Below, piece after piece: positions 45,899 through 56,206 of a DNA stretch of 64,000 bases (its first letter is position 1; every line of letters starts with the position of its first letter). The DNA is taken from positions 96,603 through 160,602 of the forward strand of contig FIZJ01000011.1 of NCBI GenBank assembly GCA_900019385.1, read 5' to 3'. Under the pieces are notes generated by a model, which worked only from the letters and a program-made list of their open reading frames with translations, did not search any database and had not been told where the DNA came from. A program made the translations under genes and the position numbers. Origin of the DNA: an uncultured Clostridia bacterium. GTDB lineage: Bacteria > Bacillota > Limnochordia > Darwinibacteriales > DTU012.

Positions 45899-46408
45899 GT
45901 GGGAGAACGGCATGCAAAAGGCCAGCGGGGAGTTTTGGCAAGAGAAGGCGTTTCCTTTGTGATTTCTTTGATTTGTGTCAGTGCGATCTGCATTTTTGTC
46001 GGTTATCTGTTGGGCCAGTATGCGCTGCAGTGGCTGAACAATCCGTTTGCGCCTGTTAACCAAGCTCAGATCGATGAGCTGAACGATTCCATCGATCAGC
46101 AGTTGGCCAACATGAGCCAACCGAGTCAGCAGCCTGAATCGTCCACAGCGGGTGAGGAAAGCCCGGCAGTTCCTGCTGCCGCGGCTCAGGCATCGGGTTT
46201 GTACCGGGTTCAGGCTGGAGTTTTCTCACAGCTGAGCAATGCCCAGGCGCTAGCCAGCTTGTTGAAGGAAAAGGGGTTTGATGCTGTGATCAGCACCGGG
46301 CCGCCCTACCGGGTGCAGACCGGCGCCTTTTCCAGTCTGGAGAATGCCCAGGCTTACGCCGATGAGCTGCGGGCCAAGGGTTTCGATGCGGCTGTGATCA
46401 GACCTTGA
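45899..46408 (+). CDS. Membrane-anchored protein with two SPOR domains
   Basis: N-terminal TM, Q/P/S linker, repeats YRVQAGVFSQLSNA and YRVQTGAFSSLENA. Confidence 0.85.
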   Translation: MGERHAKGQRGVLAREGVSFVISLICVSAICIFVGYLLGQYALQWLNNPFAPVNQAQIDELNDSIDQQLANMSQPSQQPESSTAGEESPAVPAAAAQASGLYRVQAGVFSQLSNAQALASLLKEKGFDAVISTGPPYRVQTGAFSSLENAQAYADELRAKGFDAAVIRP

Positions 46409-46433
46409 CATGCCAGGAACAGTGTGATAGATT
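46405..46433 (+). promoter_or_regulatory. SigA promoter of ferredoxin
   Basis: TTGACA-17-TAGATT with TG extension. Confidence 0.6.
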
Positions 46434-46468
46434 TTACAAGGAACTGGGGGAGGAAGGAGGTAGGCATA

Positions 46469-46639
46469 ATGGCTCATGTGATCAGTGAAGAGTGCATCAA
46501 GTGCGGCGCATGCGAGGCTGAATGCCCAGTTAACGCCATCAGTGAAGATACTGATCAGTTCGTGATTGATCCCGATGTTTGCACCGACTGCGCGTCCTGC
46601 ACCGAGGTTTGCCCGGTTGGCGCAATCAGCGAGGCTTAA
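46469..46639 (+). CDS. 2[4Fe-4S] clostridial-type ferredoxin
   Basis: CIKCGACEAECP and CTDCASCTEVCP; strong AAGGAGGT RBS. Confidence 0.95.
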   Translation: MAHVISEECIKCGACEAECPVNAISEDTDQFVIDPDVCTDCASCTEVCPVGAISEA

Positions 46640-46668
46640 TTCCTCCGTACTTATATTACCCAAGCAAG

Positions 46669-46710
46669 AGAAAAGCCGCAGGAGAGCCGCAGATGCGGCT
46701 TTTCTTTTTT
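46669..46710 (+). terminator. Ferredoxin terminator
   Basis: AGAAAAGCCGCA..TGCGGCTTTTCT-TTTTT. Confidence 0.8.
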
Positions 46711-46775
46711 TAAAGGAGGACTCTTTGTTAAGCTGATGGAAAATCTTAGAAAAGACAACGGAAGGGGAGGCAGTA

Positions 46776-49700
46776 ATGAGGAGAACCAGTTTTTTGGCAC
46801 TGCTGCTTGCTTTGGCCTGTTTGAGCCTGGCAGGCGGTGCAGCTCAAGAAGCTGTGCCGGTGCCAGATCCCAATCTGATTCTCTGGTACACGTTTGACGA
46901 GGCGGACGGGCAGAGAATTGCCGATCATTCGGGCCGCGGCTTTGACGGCGAACTGCATGGCGAAGCCAGGCTGGATGCAGGCCGCGAAGGGAATGCCTTT
47001 GTGTTTAACGGTGTGGACAACTACATCGCCATGGGCAGTCATCTAGAACTGCAGCCTGCTGATCTGACGGTCGCGTTCTGGTTCAAGAAGACTGCCAGCC
47101 TGGCCGGGCAGGAAGGGATCATTGTCTGGGCAAAACCAAACGGCCGCTGGGACGGGAACGGATGGTACCTGACCATCAAAGATCAGTTCCATGAGACCAA
47201 CCGGCCGGTCCTGCTGATGACCGACGGCAGCGCTGCCGCCTATGTCAGCGGCGAGGTGGATCAGTTTTACCCGCTGAACGAATGGGTTCATGTCGCTGTC
47301 ACCCTGGATTCGCGTTCCGGAACAGCCGCTGTCTACCGGAACGGCATACCTCAGGAAGTGTATCTGACGGGAGTGCCGAAGATCACAGCGGCCGCGGATC
47401 CCAAATGGTTCGGTTTCAACTCGCCTTCGTACGGCGGCGGGTACTTAAGGGGAGTGGTTGACGATTTCCGCATTTACGACATTGCCTTGTCTCCGGAAGC
47501 GGTGCGGGAATTGGCTGGGTTTTCGCCAGCAGACGTGGACGATGCTTCAGCCGCACGATTCCTTGCGCCTGCGGAAACTGTTCCGGAGACACTGCCAGAA
47601 GGAGGGATTGCTTTGAATTACAAGCCGTTTTCCTTGTCTCAGGTGAGACTGCTGGACGGGGTCTTTAAAGACATGATGGAGCTGAATGCCCAGTACCTGA
47701 AGAGCCTGGACTCAGACCGCCTGCTCCATATGTTCCGGGTCACAGCCGGGCTGCCATCCCACGCCCGCCCCTTGGGAGGCTGGGAAGCGCCCCACATGGA
47801 GATCCGGGGCCATACCATGGGCCATTACCTTTCAGCCTGCGCTTTGCTTTACGCCAGCACAAACGATCAGGAGATCAAAGCCAAAGCCGACGCCATCATC
47901 GAGGAACTTAAAAAGTGCCAGGACGCCCTCGGCAGCGGCTACCTCTCCGCTTTTCCGGAAACACTGTTCGACCGCTTGGAAGCGGGGCAGAGTGTCTGGG
48001 TGCCCTGGTACACCATGCACAAGATCTTCGCCGGTTTGTATGACCAGTACGTCCACGCGGGAAATGAGACTGCCTGGGAGATACTGCTCAAGCTCACTGA
48101 CTGGGCCAAGCGGCGCACCGACAAGTTGACCCCCGCCAAGATGACAGCGCTTCTCAATGTGGAATTCGGGGGCATGAACGAAGTACTGTACAACATCTAC
48201 GCCATTACCAAAGATCCTGCCCATCTGGAACTCGCCCACCGCTTCGATCACCGGGCAGTCCTCGATCCTTTGGCCAACGGCTGGGATAGGCTTGCGGGCC
48301 TGCATGCCAACACCCAGATTCCCAAAGTGGTCGGCGCAGCCCGCCGCTATGAACTCACAGGAGATCCATGGGCATACGCCGCAGCCAAGAATTTCTGGGA
48401 ACTGGTTGTGCATACCCGCAGCTATGCGACAGGGGGGAACAGTGTCAACGAGCATTTCGGGCCCGCCAACGAACTGGCCCATACCCTGGGAAACACCAAT
48501 CACGAGACATGCAACACCTACAACATGCTGCGCCTGACCCGCCATCTGTTCCAGTGGACTGGTGATCCGGCCTTCGCCGACTTCTACGAGCGGGCCTTGT
48601 TCAACGGAATCCTTCCCACCATCAATCCCGAGACAGGGATGAAGATGTATTTTGTACCCATGGGCACAGGTTATTTCAAAGTGTTCCACACTCATGACAA
48701 TTCCTTTTACTGCTGCACCGGGACCGGAATGGAATCCTTCGCCAAACTGGGCGACAGCATTTACTTCCACCAGGAAAAATCACTGTATGTGAACCTGTTC
48801 ATCGCATCGAGGCTTGACTGGCGCGAGTTGGGAGTAGAGGTCGAGCAGAGGACTCAGTTCCCGGTGGAAGCAGGGACTTCGCTGGTGATCCACACTCAAC
48901 AGCCGGTGGAGTTCGCCTTGAACATCCGAGTTCCCTATTGGGCGGTCAACGGGGTGACGGTGAGATACAACGGCCATGAACTGGAGTGCGAAGCGAAGCC
49001 TGGCGAATATCTCAAACTCGAGCATACTTGGCACGATCAAGACTGCTTGGAGATAGAAATGCCCATGTCGCTGCACATGTCGGCTTTGCCGGACAAACCG
49101 GACCGAGTGGCCGTGATGTACGGGCCGCTGGTGTTGTGCGGCCTGCTGGGGAATGACAACATGCAAGTCTCGACCACCGGTGTCAGTGTCACCATTCCCA
49201 ACCCTGGGCCAAAGCGCCGTTCGTACCTGAACATTCCGGAAGAGGAGAGGTATCAGGTGGACCAGTGGCTGCTGCCGGTGCCGGGCGAGGCACTGACCTT
49301 CAGGCTCAGGCCTGATCTGGGTGATCTGGTGTTCAAGCCGTTTTACCAGGTGTACCAGGAACGCTACGGCATCTACTGGGATCTGGGCGCGCCGGAACAG
49401 GTGGCCGTTCAGGAGCCGCAGCAGGAGCCGGTGGTGTGGTACAGGTTCGAGGCGGCTGAAGGCAGAACAGTGCTGGACAGCTCCGGCCGGGGCAACCACG
49501 GCGAGTTGGTGGGCGGCGCGTCCATCAAAACCGATGAGACAGGCATCAATTATCTGGAGCTGGACGGCGCAGGGGGCCATGTGCGTTTGCCCGGCGGGAT
49601 CGTGAGCAGCATGGAACAGGCCACCATCAGCACCTGGGTGTACCTCTTTTCCAACCAGACTTGGGCTAGGATCTTTGATTTCGGCTCCGGCACCAACGTG

Positions 49701-50087
49701 AACATGTTCCTGACACCGGCAGCAGCTGGCAGTCCAGCACTGCGTTTTGCCATCACCACATCGGGAGCTGGGGGTGAAAGCCGGTTCGGGCGGCCGGCGA
49801 GGCTTGAGTCGAATCAGTGGGTGCATGTGGCCGTAACCATTGACCAGAATAAAGCCGAGCTCTATGTGAACGGCGCGGCGGCAGCCGTGTCCGAGCAAAT
49901 CCATACCTATCTGTGGGAGCTGGGGAACACAGCCCAGAATTATCTGGGCCGCTCTCAGTACTCGGCGGATCCTTATCTGCATGGGCGGCTGGCGGACTTC
50001 CGCCTTTACAACCGGGCTTTGAGTGCCGAAGAGATCAAGACCCTAGTCGACTCGACGGCGCCCGGTGCCGGCAGGGTTGAAGAGTAG
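46776..50087 (+). CDS. Secreted beta-L-arabinofuranosidase-like glycoside hydrolase (GH127/GH146) flanked by two LamG domains
   Basis: Signal peptide; GGWE, GHYLSA, EFGGMN, HANTQIPK, ETCNTYNM, ERALFN, CCTGTGME; LamG motifs WVHVAVT and DFR.Y..ALS at both ends. Confidence 0.88.
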   Translation: MRRTSFLALLLALACLSLAGGAAQEAVPVPDPNLILWYTFDEADGQRIADHSGRGFDGELHGEARLDAGREGNAFVFNGVDNYIAMGSHLELQPADLTVAFWFKKTASLAGQEGIIVWAKPNGRWDGNGWYLTIKDQFHETNRPVLLMTDGSAAAYVSGEVDQFYPLNEWVHVAVTLDSRSGTAAVYRNGIPQEVYLTGVPKITAAADPKWFGFNSPSYGGGYLRGVVDDFRIYDIALSPEAVRELAGFSPADVDDASAARFLAPAETVPETLPEGGIALNYKPFSLSQVRLLDGVFKDMMELNAQYLKSLDSDRLLHMFRVTAGLPSHARPLGGWEAPHMEIRGHTMGHYLSACALLYASTNDQEIKAKADAIIEELKKCQDALGSGYLSAFPETLFDRLEAGQSVWVPWYTMHKIFAGLYDQYVHAGNETAWEILLKLTDWAKRRTDKLTPAKMTALLNVEFGGMNEVLYNIYAITKDPAHLELAHRFDHRAVLDPLANGWDRLAGLHANTQIPKVVGAARRYELTGDPWAYAAAKNFWELVVHTRSYATGGNSVNEHFGPANELAHTLGNTNHETCNTYNMLRLTRHLFQWTGDPAFADFYERALFNGILPTINPETGMKMYFVPMGTGYFKVFHTHDNSFYCCTGTGMESFAKLGDSIYFHQEKSLYVNLFIASRLDWRELGVEVEQRTQFPVEAGTSLVIHTQQPVEFALNIRVPYWAVNGVTVRYNGHELECEAKPGEYLKLEHTWHDQDCLEIEMPMSLHMSALPDKPDRVAVMYGPLVLCGLLGNDNMQVSTTGVSVTIPNPGPKRRSYLNIPEEERYQVDQWLLPVPGEALTFRLRPDLGDLVFKPFYQVYQERYGIYWDLGAPEQVAVQEPQQEPVVWYRFEAAEGRTVLDSSGRGNHGELVGGASIKTDETGINYLELDGAGGHVRLPGGIVSSMEQATISTWVYLFSNQTWARIFDFGSGTNVNMFLTPAAAGSPALRFAITTSGAGGESRFGRPARLESNQWVHVAVTIDQNKAELYVNGAAAAVSEQIHTYLWELGNTAQNYLGRSQYSADPYLHGRLADFRLYNRALSAEEIKTLVDSTAPGAGRVEE

Positions 50088-50116
50088 CGTCAAGCAGGCC
50101 GAGCTGCGCCAAACGT

Positions 50117-50144
50117 AAAGGCCGGGCAGCCGGCCTTTTTCTTT
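50117..50144 (+). terminator. Terminator after the GH gene
   Basis: AAAGGCCGG-GCAG-CCGGCCTTT-TT. Confidence 0.7.
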
Positions 50145-50157
50145 TGCCTTTTTCAGG

Positions 50158-50188
50158 GCATAACCACCCCACCCTTGTTCATATGTAT
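50158..50188 (+). promoter_or_regulatory. SigE-like promoter of spoIID
   Basis: GCATAA-N16-CATATGT; spoIID is SigE-dependent in model spore formers. Confidence 0.55.
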
Positions 50189-50210
50189 GTGAAGTAAGGG
50201 TGGTGCTCAC

Positions 50211-51161
50211 ATGAGGCGGAGGAGCAGGCGGAAGAGGCTTACACTTCTGAAATTGATCGCGGCGGCGGTTGTGATCCTGATCGGCATACCGCTGTTGTTT
50301 GTCTATGGTGTCAAAGTGCCTTGGAAGGCCAGGAATGTGCCTATGGTCAAGCTTTGGGATGTGAAGAACTCCCAACTGCTTTCCATGACTCTGGAGGAAT
50401 ACGTCAAAGGAGTAGTGGCAGCAGAAATGCCCGCCCACTTCCATCTTGAAGCTCTCAAAGCCCAGGCGGTGGTGGCCAGGACATACGCCTATCAGCGGAT
50501 TGTGAACGATGTGAGGGTTCCCGATCACCCGGAGGCCCATCTGTCCACAGATTACTCCACCGGCCAAGCCTGGGTTTCCAGCGATGAGCTCAAAGACAGG
50601 TGGGGGTTGGTAGACTATCTGATCAATTGGAAAAAAATCAGCCAGGCTGTGGCACAGACTCAAGGAATGATAGCCACCTACCAAGGCAAGCCTATCCTGG
50701 CGGTATATCATTCAACCAGCGGCGGAAGGACCGAAAACTCCGAGCACTACTGGTCGGAAGCGCTGCCCTATCTGTGCAGTGTGGCCGATCCTTACGGGAA
50801 TCATTCCCCATATTATTACACAACGGCATCCTTTTCCACGGCCAAGTTCCTTGAGCTGATGGAACTGGATTCATTGGGCAAGGTCCAGGTACTGGAGCGT
50901 TACCCATCGGGGCGGGTCAAGACAATGGAAGCGGGTGAAAAATGGTTCAGCGGCCGCGACGTCCGGCAGCGGCTTGGTTTGCGTTCCACGTGGTTTACTG
51001 TGCATGCTGAAAGCGATCAGATCCATTTTTCCGTGTGGGGCTATGGGCACGGCGTAGGCATGAGCCAGTACGGCGCCGACGGCATGGCCCGGGCCGGGTA
51101 TGATTACCGGCAAATCCTCCAATACTACTATCAGGGCATTGCGTTGGAAAAGCTTTACTGA
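50211..51161 (+). CDS. spoIID: Stage II sporulation protein D (lytic transglycosylase)
   Basis: N-terminal TM, LEEYVKGVVAAEMP..EALKAQAVVARTY, HSTSGG.TE, LRS, GYGHGVGMSQYGA. Confidence 0.9.
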   Translation: MRRRSRRKRLTLLKLIAAAVVILIGIPLLFVYGVKVPWKARNVPMVKLWDVKNSQLLSMTLEEYVKGVVAAEMPAHFHLEALKAQAVVARTYAYQRIVNDVRVPDHPEAHLSTDYSTGQAWVSSDELKDRWGLVDYLINWKKISQAVAQTQGMIATYQGKPILAVYHSTSGGRTENSEHYWSEALPYLCSVADPYGNHSPYYYTTASFSTAKFLELMELDSLGKVQVLERYPSGRVKTMEAGEKWFSGRDVRQRLGLRSTWFTVHAESDQIHFSVWGYGHGVGMSQYGADGMARAGYDYRQILQYYYQGIALEKLY

Positions 51162-51180
51162 TGGTGGAGGAGGGATATGG

Positions 51181-51396
51181 TTGCCTTACCGCAAGAAGCA
51201 TGATTACGAGCTGTACAAGCGGGAATTGGAGGAACAGCTCGATGCGATCCTGGATTGGGATGATTATGACCCCGAGCACTATGGGTGGGGGCAGGATTCC
51301 CGCACAAGGCACATCCGCCGGGCCAATATGGAGCTCGCCAAGGAGTTAGCCATGGTTTCCATCCCCCACAAGACAAGGCGCTTTAGAAAACCTTGA
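51181..51396 (+). CDS. Small hypothetical protein (71 aa)
   Basis: GGAGGAGG RBS before TTG; fills the spoIID-cysK gap. Confidence 0.6.
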   Translation: MPYRKKHDYELYKRELEEQLDAILDWDDYDPEHYGWGQDSRTRHIRRANMELAKELAMVSIPHKTRRFRKP

Positions 51397-51442
51397 CAAC
51401 TGCACGGCGGTAAACCTAAAATAGCCTAAAGGAGGGAGAGGA

Positions 51443-52363
51443 ATGCGAGCAGTCAACAGTATTCTTGATCTGGTAGGGCAGACTCCCTTGGTCAGGCTAA
51501 ACCGAATGGGCCAGCCTGGTTCGGCCGAAATCTGGGCTAAGTTGGAATCGTTCAACCCTGCCGGCAGTGTCAAGGACAGGATTGCCTTAAGCATGATCCG
51601 CGCCGCTCTTGCAGAGGGAAGGCTTAAACCGGGCGGCGTGGTCGTGGAGCCTACAAGCGGCAACACCGGTATTGGGCTGGCGATGGTCTGCGCCGCCTTA
51701 GGCTACAGGCTGATCCTGTGCATGCCCGACACCATGTCGGTGGAACGGAGGAAGCTTCTGCAGGCGTATGGGGCGGAACTGGTCCTCACCCCCGGCAGCG
51801 AAGGTATGCGGGGCGCCATCAGCCGCGCGGTGGAAATAGCCGCCAAAACTCCCGGCGCATTTATGCCGCAGCAGTTTGAGAATCACGCCAATCCCCAGGT
51901 CCACCGGGAGACTACAGCGGTGGAGATTCTGGAGCAGACGGAAGGGAAACTGGATGCCTTTGTATCCGGGATCGGCACCGGCGGCACTATCACCGGCGTA
52001 GGGGAGGTCATCAAGGAAAAGATTCCCCATGTGAAGGTGATTGCCGTTGAGCCTGACAACTCGCCGGTATTGTCTGGAGGCCAACCTGGGCCTCACCGGA
52101 TCCAGGGCATCGGCGCCGGATTTGTGCCGAAGGTCTTGAACACATCGGTGTATGATCAGGTTATTCGTGTCAGAGACAGTGACGCTCTTGCCACAGCCGG
52201 CCGCTTGGCCAAAGAAGAAGGGATTCTGGCCGGCATTTCTTCGGGAGCTGCCGTTTTCGCGGCGCTTAAGGTGGCTCAGGAACTGGGCACCGGGAAAAAG
52301 GTGGTTGTCGTCCTTCCCGACACGGGAGAACGCTACTTGAGCATACCGGACATGTTCAGCTAG
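51443..52363 (+). CDS. cysK: Cysteine synthase A
   Basis: [44 protein letters not shown]; TTGACA-18-TAAAAT upstream. Confidence 0.96.
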   Translation: MRAVNSILDLVGQTPLVRLNRMGQPGSAEIWAKLESFNPAGSVKDRIALSMIRAALAEGRLKPGGVVVEPTSGNTGIGLAMVCAALGYRLILCMPDTMSVERRKLLQAYGAELVLTPGSEGMRGAISRAVEIAAKTPGAFMPQQFENHANPQVHRETTAVEILEQTEGKLDAFVSGIGTGGTITGVGEVIKEKIPHVKVIAVEPDNSPVLSGGQPGPHRIQGIGAGFVPKVLNTSVYDQVIRVRDSDALATAGRLAKEEGILAGISSGAAVFAALKVAQELGTGKKVVVVLPDTGERYLSIPDMFS

Positions 52364-52364
52364 A

Positions 52365-52407
52365 CAAGAGGGAACCGAGGCAAGAGGGAACTGGTTCCCT
52401 CTTTTTT
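52365..52407 (+). terminator. cysK terminator with duplicated 5' arm
   Basis: CAAGAGGGAAC twice, then GGTTCCCTCTTTTTT. Confidence 0.7.
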
Positions 52408-52489
52408 GTGTTTCTGTCATTTCTTGGAGGAAAACCTGCCTGGACCAGGAAATTTAACAAGAGGCTGCAAAACAAGAGGTAATGAAATT

Positions 52490-53074
52490 ATGAAGATAGT
52501 TTTGGCATCCCAATCGCAGCGGCGGATTGATCTGCTCAAGCAGTTCGGTTTGGACTTCAAAGTGTGCGCCGCGGACATCGCGGAAGCGGCATGCGGGAGC
52601 CCAGAAAAAACAGCAGTCAACAACGCGGTCCTTAAAGCCAAGGCGGTTCTTGCCCAATATCCCGAGTGCCTGGTAATCGGAGCTGACACGGTGGTGGTCG
52701 CCAGGAATCAAATCTTGGGCAAACCCCGGGACAGGGACGAAGCCTTTGCCATGCTCCGCATGTTGAGCGGCGCGAAGCATCAGGTTTTGACCGGGGTGGC
52801 TCTGCTTACTGCCGATAGAGAAAAGTGTTTTTATGTGGCTACCGATGTCTGGATTCGCGAACTCGCCGCTTACGAAATTCGCACATATATAGATACGGGA
52901 GAACCATTTGATAAAGCTGGCGGGTATGCCATTCAAGGAATCGGCGGTGCGTTTGTCGAATCTATATCAGGGTGTTACTACAATGTGGTAGGCTTGCCGA
53001 TGCCGCGGTTATTGGTTGAACTGCGCGGTTTTGGAATCGATGTCTTTGCCCGGGGGAGCTGCAAGGAGGAATAG
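52490..53074 (+). CDS. maf: Maf nucleoside-triphosphate pyrophosphatase
   Basis: LASQSQRR, IGADTVV, ILGKP, EPFDKAGGYAIQG, NVVGLP. Confidence 0.95.
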   Translation: MKIVLASQSQRRIDLLKQFGLDFKVCAADIAEAACGSPEKTAVNNAVLKAKAVLAQYPECLVIGADTVVVARNQILGKPRDRDEAFAMLRMLSGAKHQVLTGVALLTADREKCFYVATDVWIRELAAYEIRTYIDTGEPFDKAGGYAIQGIGGAFVESISGCYYNVVGLPMPRLLVELRGFGIDVFARGSCKEE

Positions 53075-53075
53075 T

Positions 53076-53762
53076 GTGAGTTTCAAGGTCATGATCAAGG
53101 ACTTGCCTGTTCAGGAACGCCCGCGGGAAAGACTACTGCAGTACGGCCCGGAACAATTGTCCAACCGGGAACTGTTGGCAATTCTGCTGCAGACAGGGAC
53201 ACAGAACCAATCGGTGTTCGGCCTGGTGGATCAGCTCATGGCGCATTTTGGGTCGTTGCGGGACCTGGCCTGTGCCACTTACGAAGAGATGACGGCCATC
53301 AAAGGCATCGGGCCGGCAAAAGCCGCCCAGGTGCTGGCTGCTTTTGAGCTGGCCAAGCGGTTGAGCAACACTGGCCTCGAAGTGCGGGAAGTGATTCACA
53401 GCCCGCAGGATGCGGCCGAGATCGTCATCAACGAAATGAGCCTGCTCGATAGGGAGCATTTTGTAATTCTGATGCTGAACACCAAGCATGCGGTGATTGC
53501 CAGGAAAATCGTCTCCATCGGCCATCTCAACGCTTCCCTGGTGCACCCGCGGGAACTGTTCAAAGATGTGATCAAAAAAAGCAGCGCGGCAGTGATTCTG
53601 GTTCACAATCACCCCAGTGGGGACCCCACCCCCAGCGACGAGGACATCCGCGTCACAAAAAGACTGTGTGAAGCCGGGGAGCTTTTGGGGATCAAGGTCC
53701 TGGACCACATAATCGTGGCGGGCGGACGCTATTTGAGCTTTCGCGAGCAGGGTTTAATCTAA
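53076..53762 (+). CDS. radC: RadC / JAB domain protein
   Basis: [40 protein letters not shown]. Confidence 0.95.
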   Translation: MSFKVMIKDLPVQERPRERLLQYGPEQLSNRELLAILLQTGTQNQSVFGLVDQLMAHFGSLRDLACATYEEMTAIKGIGPAKAAQVLAAFELAKRLSNTGLEVREVIHSPQDAAEIVINEMSLLDREHFVILMLNTKHAVIARKIVSIGHLNASLVHPRELFKDVIKKSSAAVILVHNHPSGDPTPSDEDIRVTKRLCEAGELLGIKVLDHIIVAGGRYLSFREQGLI

Positions 53763-53796
53763 GTTCAATAGGGACAAGCTGAAAGGAGATAAAAAC

Positions 53797-54816
53797 ATGT
53801 TTGGTCGCTTAGGAAGAGATATCGGCATCGATTTGGGAACTGCCAACACACTGGTTTATGTGCGGGGACGCGGCATTGTGATCGACGAACCATCTGTGGT
53901 GGCCCGGGACCAGGAAACCAAGGACATCCTGGCTGTCGGCAACAAAGCCAAGGAAATGGTAGGACGCACGCCTGGGAATATCGTTGCCATCAGGCCGCTG
54001 CGGGATGGAGTGATCGCCGATTTCGACACCACCGAGCGGATGCTCAGGGACTTTCTCAACCGGGCAAACCGGAGAATGGGCTGGGTGCGGCCGCGGGTTG
54101 TCATAGCAGTCCCGTCCGGAGTCACAGAAGTGGAGAAGCGGGCGGTGATTGACGCAGCCATCTCTGCGGGAGCCAAGGATGCCAGGGTGGTGGAAGAACC
54201 CATGGCGGCGGCCATTGGTGTCGGCCTGCCGGTGCAGGAACCAACGGGCAACATGATTGTGGATATCGGCGGCGGCACGACGGAAGTGGCTGTGATCTCC
54301 CTGGGCGGCATTGTTGTGCACCGTTCCATCAGGATCGGCGGCGATGAGATGGACGATTCCATCATCCAGTACATCCGCCGTCATTACAACCTCCTGATCG
54401 GCGAACGGACAGCGGAGATCATCAAGAAGACCATCGGTACAGCTTGTCCCCAGGAGACGGAAAGTTCACAGGAAGTGCGGGGCCGCGATCTGGTGACGGG
54501 GCTGCCGAAGACGATCACCATCACCTCCGAGCAGGTGCGGGAAGCTTTGGCAGAACCCATAGCCGCCATTGTGGAAGGTGTGAAGGTGACCCTGGAGCAG
54601 ACGCCGCCGGAATTGGCGGCGGACATCATGGACCGGGGTATCGTGATGGCAGGCGGAGGCGCCCTTTTGACCGGTCTTGATCAGCTGATCGCCAGCGAGA
54701 CCGGGATGCCGGTTCACGTGACCGAAGAACCGCTGAAAGCGGTGGTGAAAGGTACAGGTATTGTTTTGGAGCACTATGATTTGCTGAAGCGGATCATGAT
54801 TGGGCCAAAGAAATAA
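53797..54816 (+). CDS. mreB: Rod shape-determining protein MreB
   Basis: [38 protein letters not shown]. Confidence 0.97.
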   Translation: MFGRLGRDIGIDLGTANTLVYVRGRGIVIDEPSVVARDQETKDILAVGNKAKEMVGRTPGNIVAIRPLRDGVIADFDTTERMLRDFLNRANRRMGWVRPRVVIAVPSGVTEVEKRAVIDAAISAGAKDARVVEEPMAAAIGVGLPVQEPTGNMIVDIGGGTTEVAVISLGGIVVHRSIRIGGDEMDDSIIQYIRRHYNLLIGERTAEIIKKTIGTACPQETESSQEVRGRDLVTGLPKTITITSEQVREALAEPIAAIVEGVKVTLEQTPPELAADIMDRGIVMAGGGALLTGLDQLIASETGMPVHVTEEPLKAVVKGTGIVLEHYDLLKRIMIGPKK

Positions 54817-54843
54817 GTTTAGAAGCGGCTGTAAGGAGGTGAA

Positions 54844-55674
54844 GTGGTCTTGTCCCGAAAATCCAGACGCTTGCGGGCGATCGTGATCCTGATCATGATT
54901 GTCGCCGTTGCCGGGAGTATCCACTTCACTTCTCGCTCCCGCCCTCAGGCTACTGTCGCCGAACAGGCAATCCGCGATCTTCTGGCGCCTCTGCAGACAC
55001 TGTTCATGCGTCTTTCCCAGATGGTTCACGGCTTCTTCGCTTCGTTGGGGCAGATCGGCAATCTGCAGCAGGAGAATGCCCGGCTGAAGGCAGAGATTCT
55101 GGAGCTCGAGCGGCAGCTGTACGAAATGGCCGACTACAAGCGGGAAAACGAATGGCTCCGGGAAGCACTGGAGTTTAAGAAACAGGAATCATACCAGATG
55201 CTGGTCTGCGAGGTGATCGGCAGGTCGCCCACCAACCTCTTCAACACGATTACCATCAACCGCGGCAGCAGCAGCGGTGTGGCCCAGGGAATGGCGGTTA
55301 TGTCCGGGAACGGCGTTGTGGGCACAGTGCAGAGTGTCACAGCCACTACCGCCACAGTGATTCTCGCCACAGACGCCCGCAGTGCGATTGGCGGCATGGT
55401 CCAGCATTCCGGCGATTTGGTGCTGATCGAAGGCGATCCTGAGTATTCGGGCATGCTTCTGGCCAAGCCGCTGTCTAAAGATGTGCAGCTTGAGGTGGGA
55501 GATGTCCTTGTCACATCCGGGCTGTCCCAGTATTTCCCCAAAGGGCTGCCCATAGGCAAAGTGGCGGAAATCGTACCCAGCCGCTATCAGCTGTCGTTCA
55601 CGGCATATATCGAGCCTTTTGTGGATTTCAGCAGGCTGGAGTACGTTTTCATTTTGCTCGGGGAACCGAAGTAG
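54844..55674 (+). CDS. mreC: Rod shape-determining protein MreC
   Basis: TM, coiled coil (QENARLK), TINRGS, GD.LVTSGL..FP.GLPIG.V. Confidence 0.93.
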   Translation: MVLSRKSRRLRAIVILIMIVAVAGSIHFTSRSRPQATVAEQAIRDLLAPLQTLFMRLSQMVHGFFASLGQIGNLQQENARLKAEILELERQLYEMADYKRENEWLREALEFKKQESYQMLVCEVIGRSPTNLFNTITINRGSSSGVAQGMAVMSGNGVVGTVQSVTATTATVILATDARSAIGGMVQHSGDLVLIEGDPEYSGMLLAKPLSKDVQLEVGDVLVTSGLSQYFPKGLPIGKVAEIVPSRYQLSFTAYIEPFVDFSRLEYVFILLGEPK

Positions 55675-56196
55675 GTGCAGCGGATGGCAGTCTTGATTTA
55701 CACAATCATTATTATCCTCGCTTTGGTGATACAGACAACCGTCTTCGCCGCATCGTCCGTTTTCGCAGTCGTTCCCGATTTGATTCTGGTACTGGTTGTC
55801 TTGTTTAGTTTGATCAACGGGCCGGGTTTTGGGGCCAAGTTCGGCTTTCTGGCTGGTTTGGGATTGGATCTGTTCGTAGGCCAGATGATTGGGCTTAACG
55901 CCGTGACCAAGATGATGATCGGCGCTGTGGTAGGTCTAATGGCGCTGCGGTTCTACAAGGAGAATTATGTCGTGCCGCTGGCCAGTGTCCTAGTGGCCAC
56001 CCTTGCCGATCAATTGCTGTACGGGTTGGGGATGGCTTTCTTTGGCGTGCCTGTGCCCGTGCGATACCTCCTGGAACAGGTTTTGCTCCCTCTACTTTTA
56101 TACAACGGAATTTTGAGCCTGCTGCTGTACGTACGCCTTTATTATTTCAACAAGAAGATTTTTTATTGGGACGAGATTTTCAGGCGATCGAGGTGA
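55675..56196 (+). CDS. mreD: Rod shape-determining protein MreD
   Basis: Hydrophobic; PDLIL, GFLAGL.LD; position after mreC. Confidence 0.9.
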   Translation: MQRMAVLIYTIIIILALVIQTTVFAASSVFAVVPDLILVLVVLFSLINGPGFGAKFGFLAGLGLDLFVGQMIGLNAVTKMMIGAVVGLMALRFYKENYVVPLASVLVATLADQLLYGLGMAFFGVPVPVRYLLEQVLLPLLLYNGILSLLLYVRLYYFNKKIFYWDEIFRRSR

Positions 56197-56206
56197 ACAC
56201 AGAATC

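Noticed and set aside
53076-53762. radC as a mobile-element or anti-defence marker
   Set aside because: Full-length chromosomal type in the canonical maf-radC-mreB context
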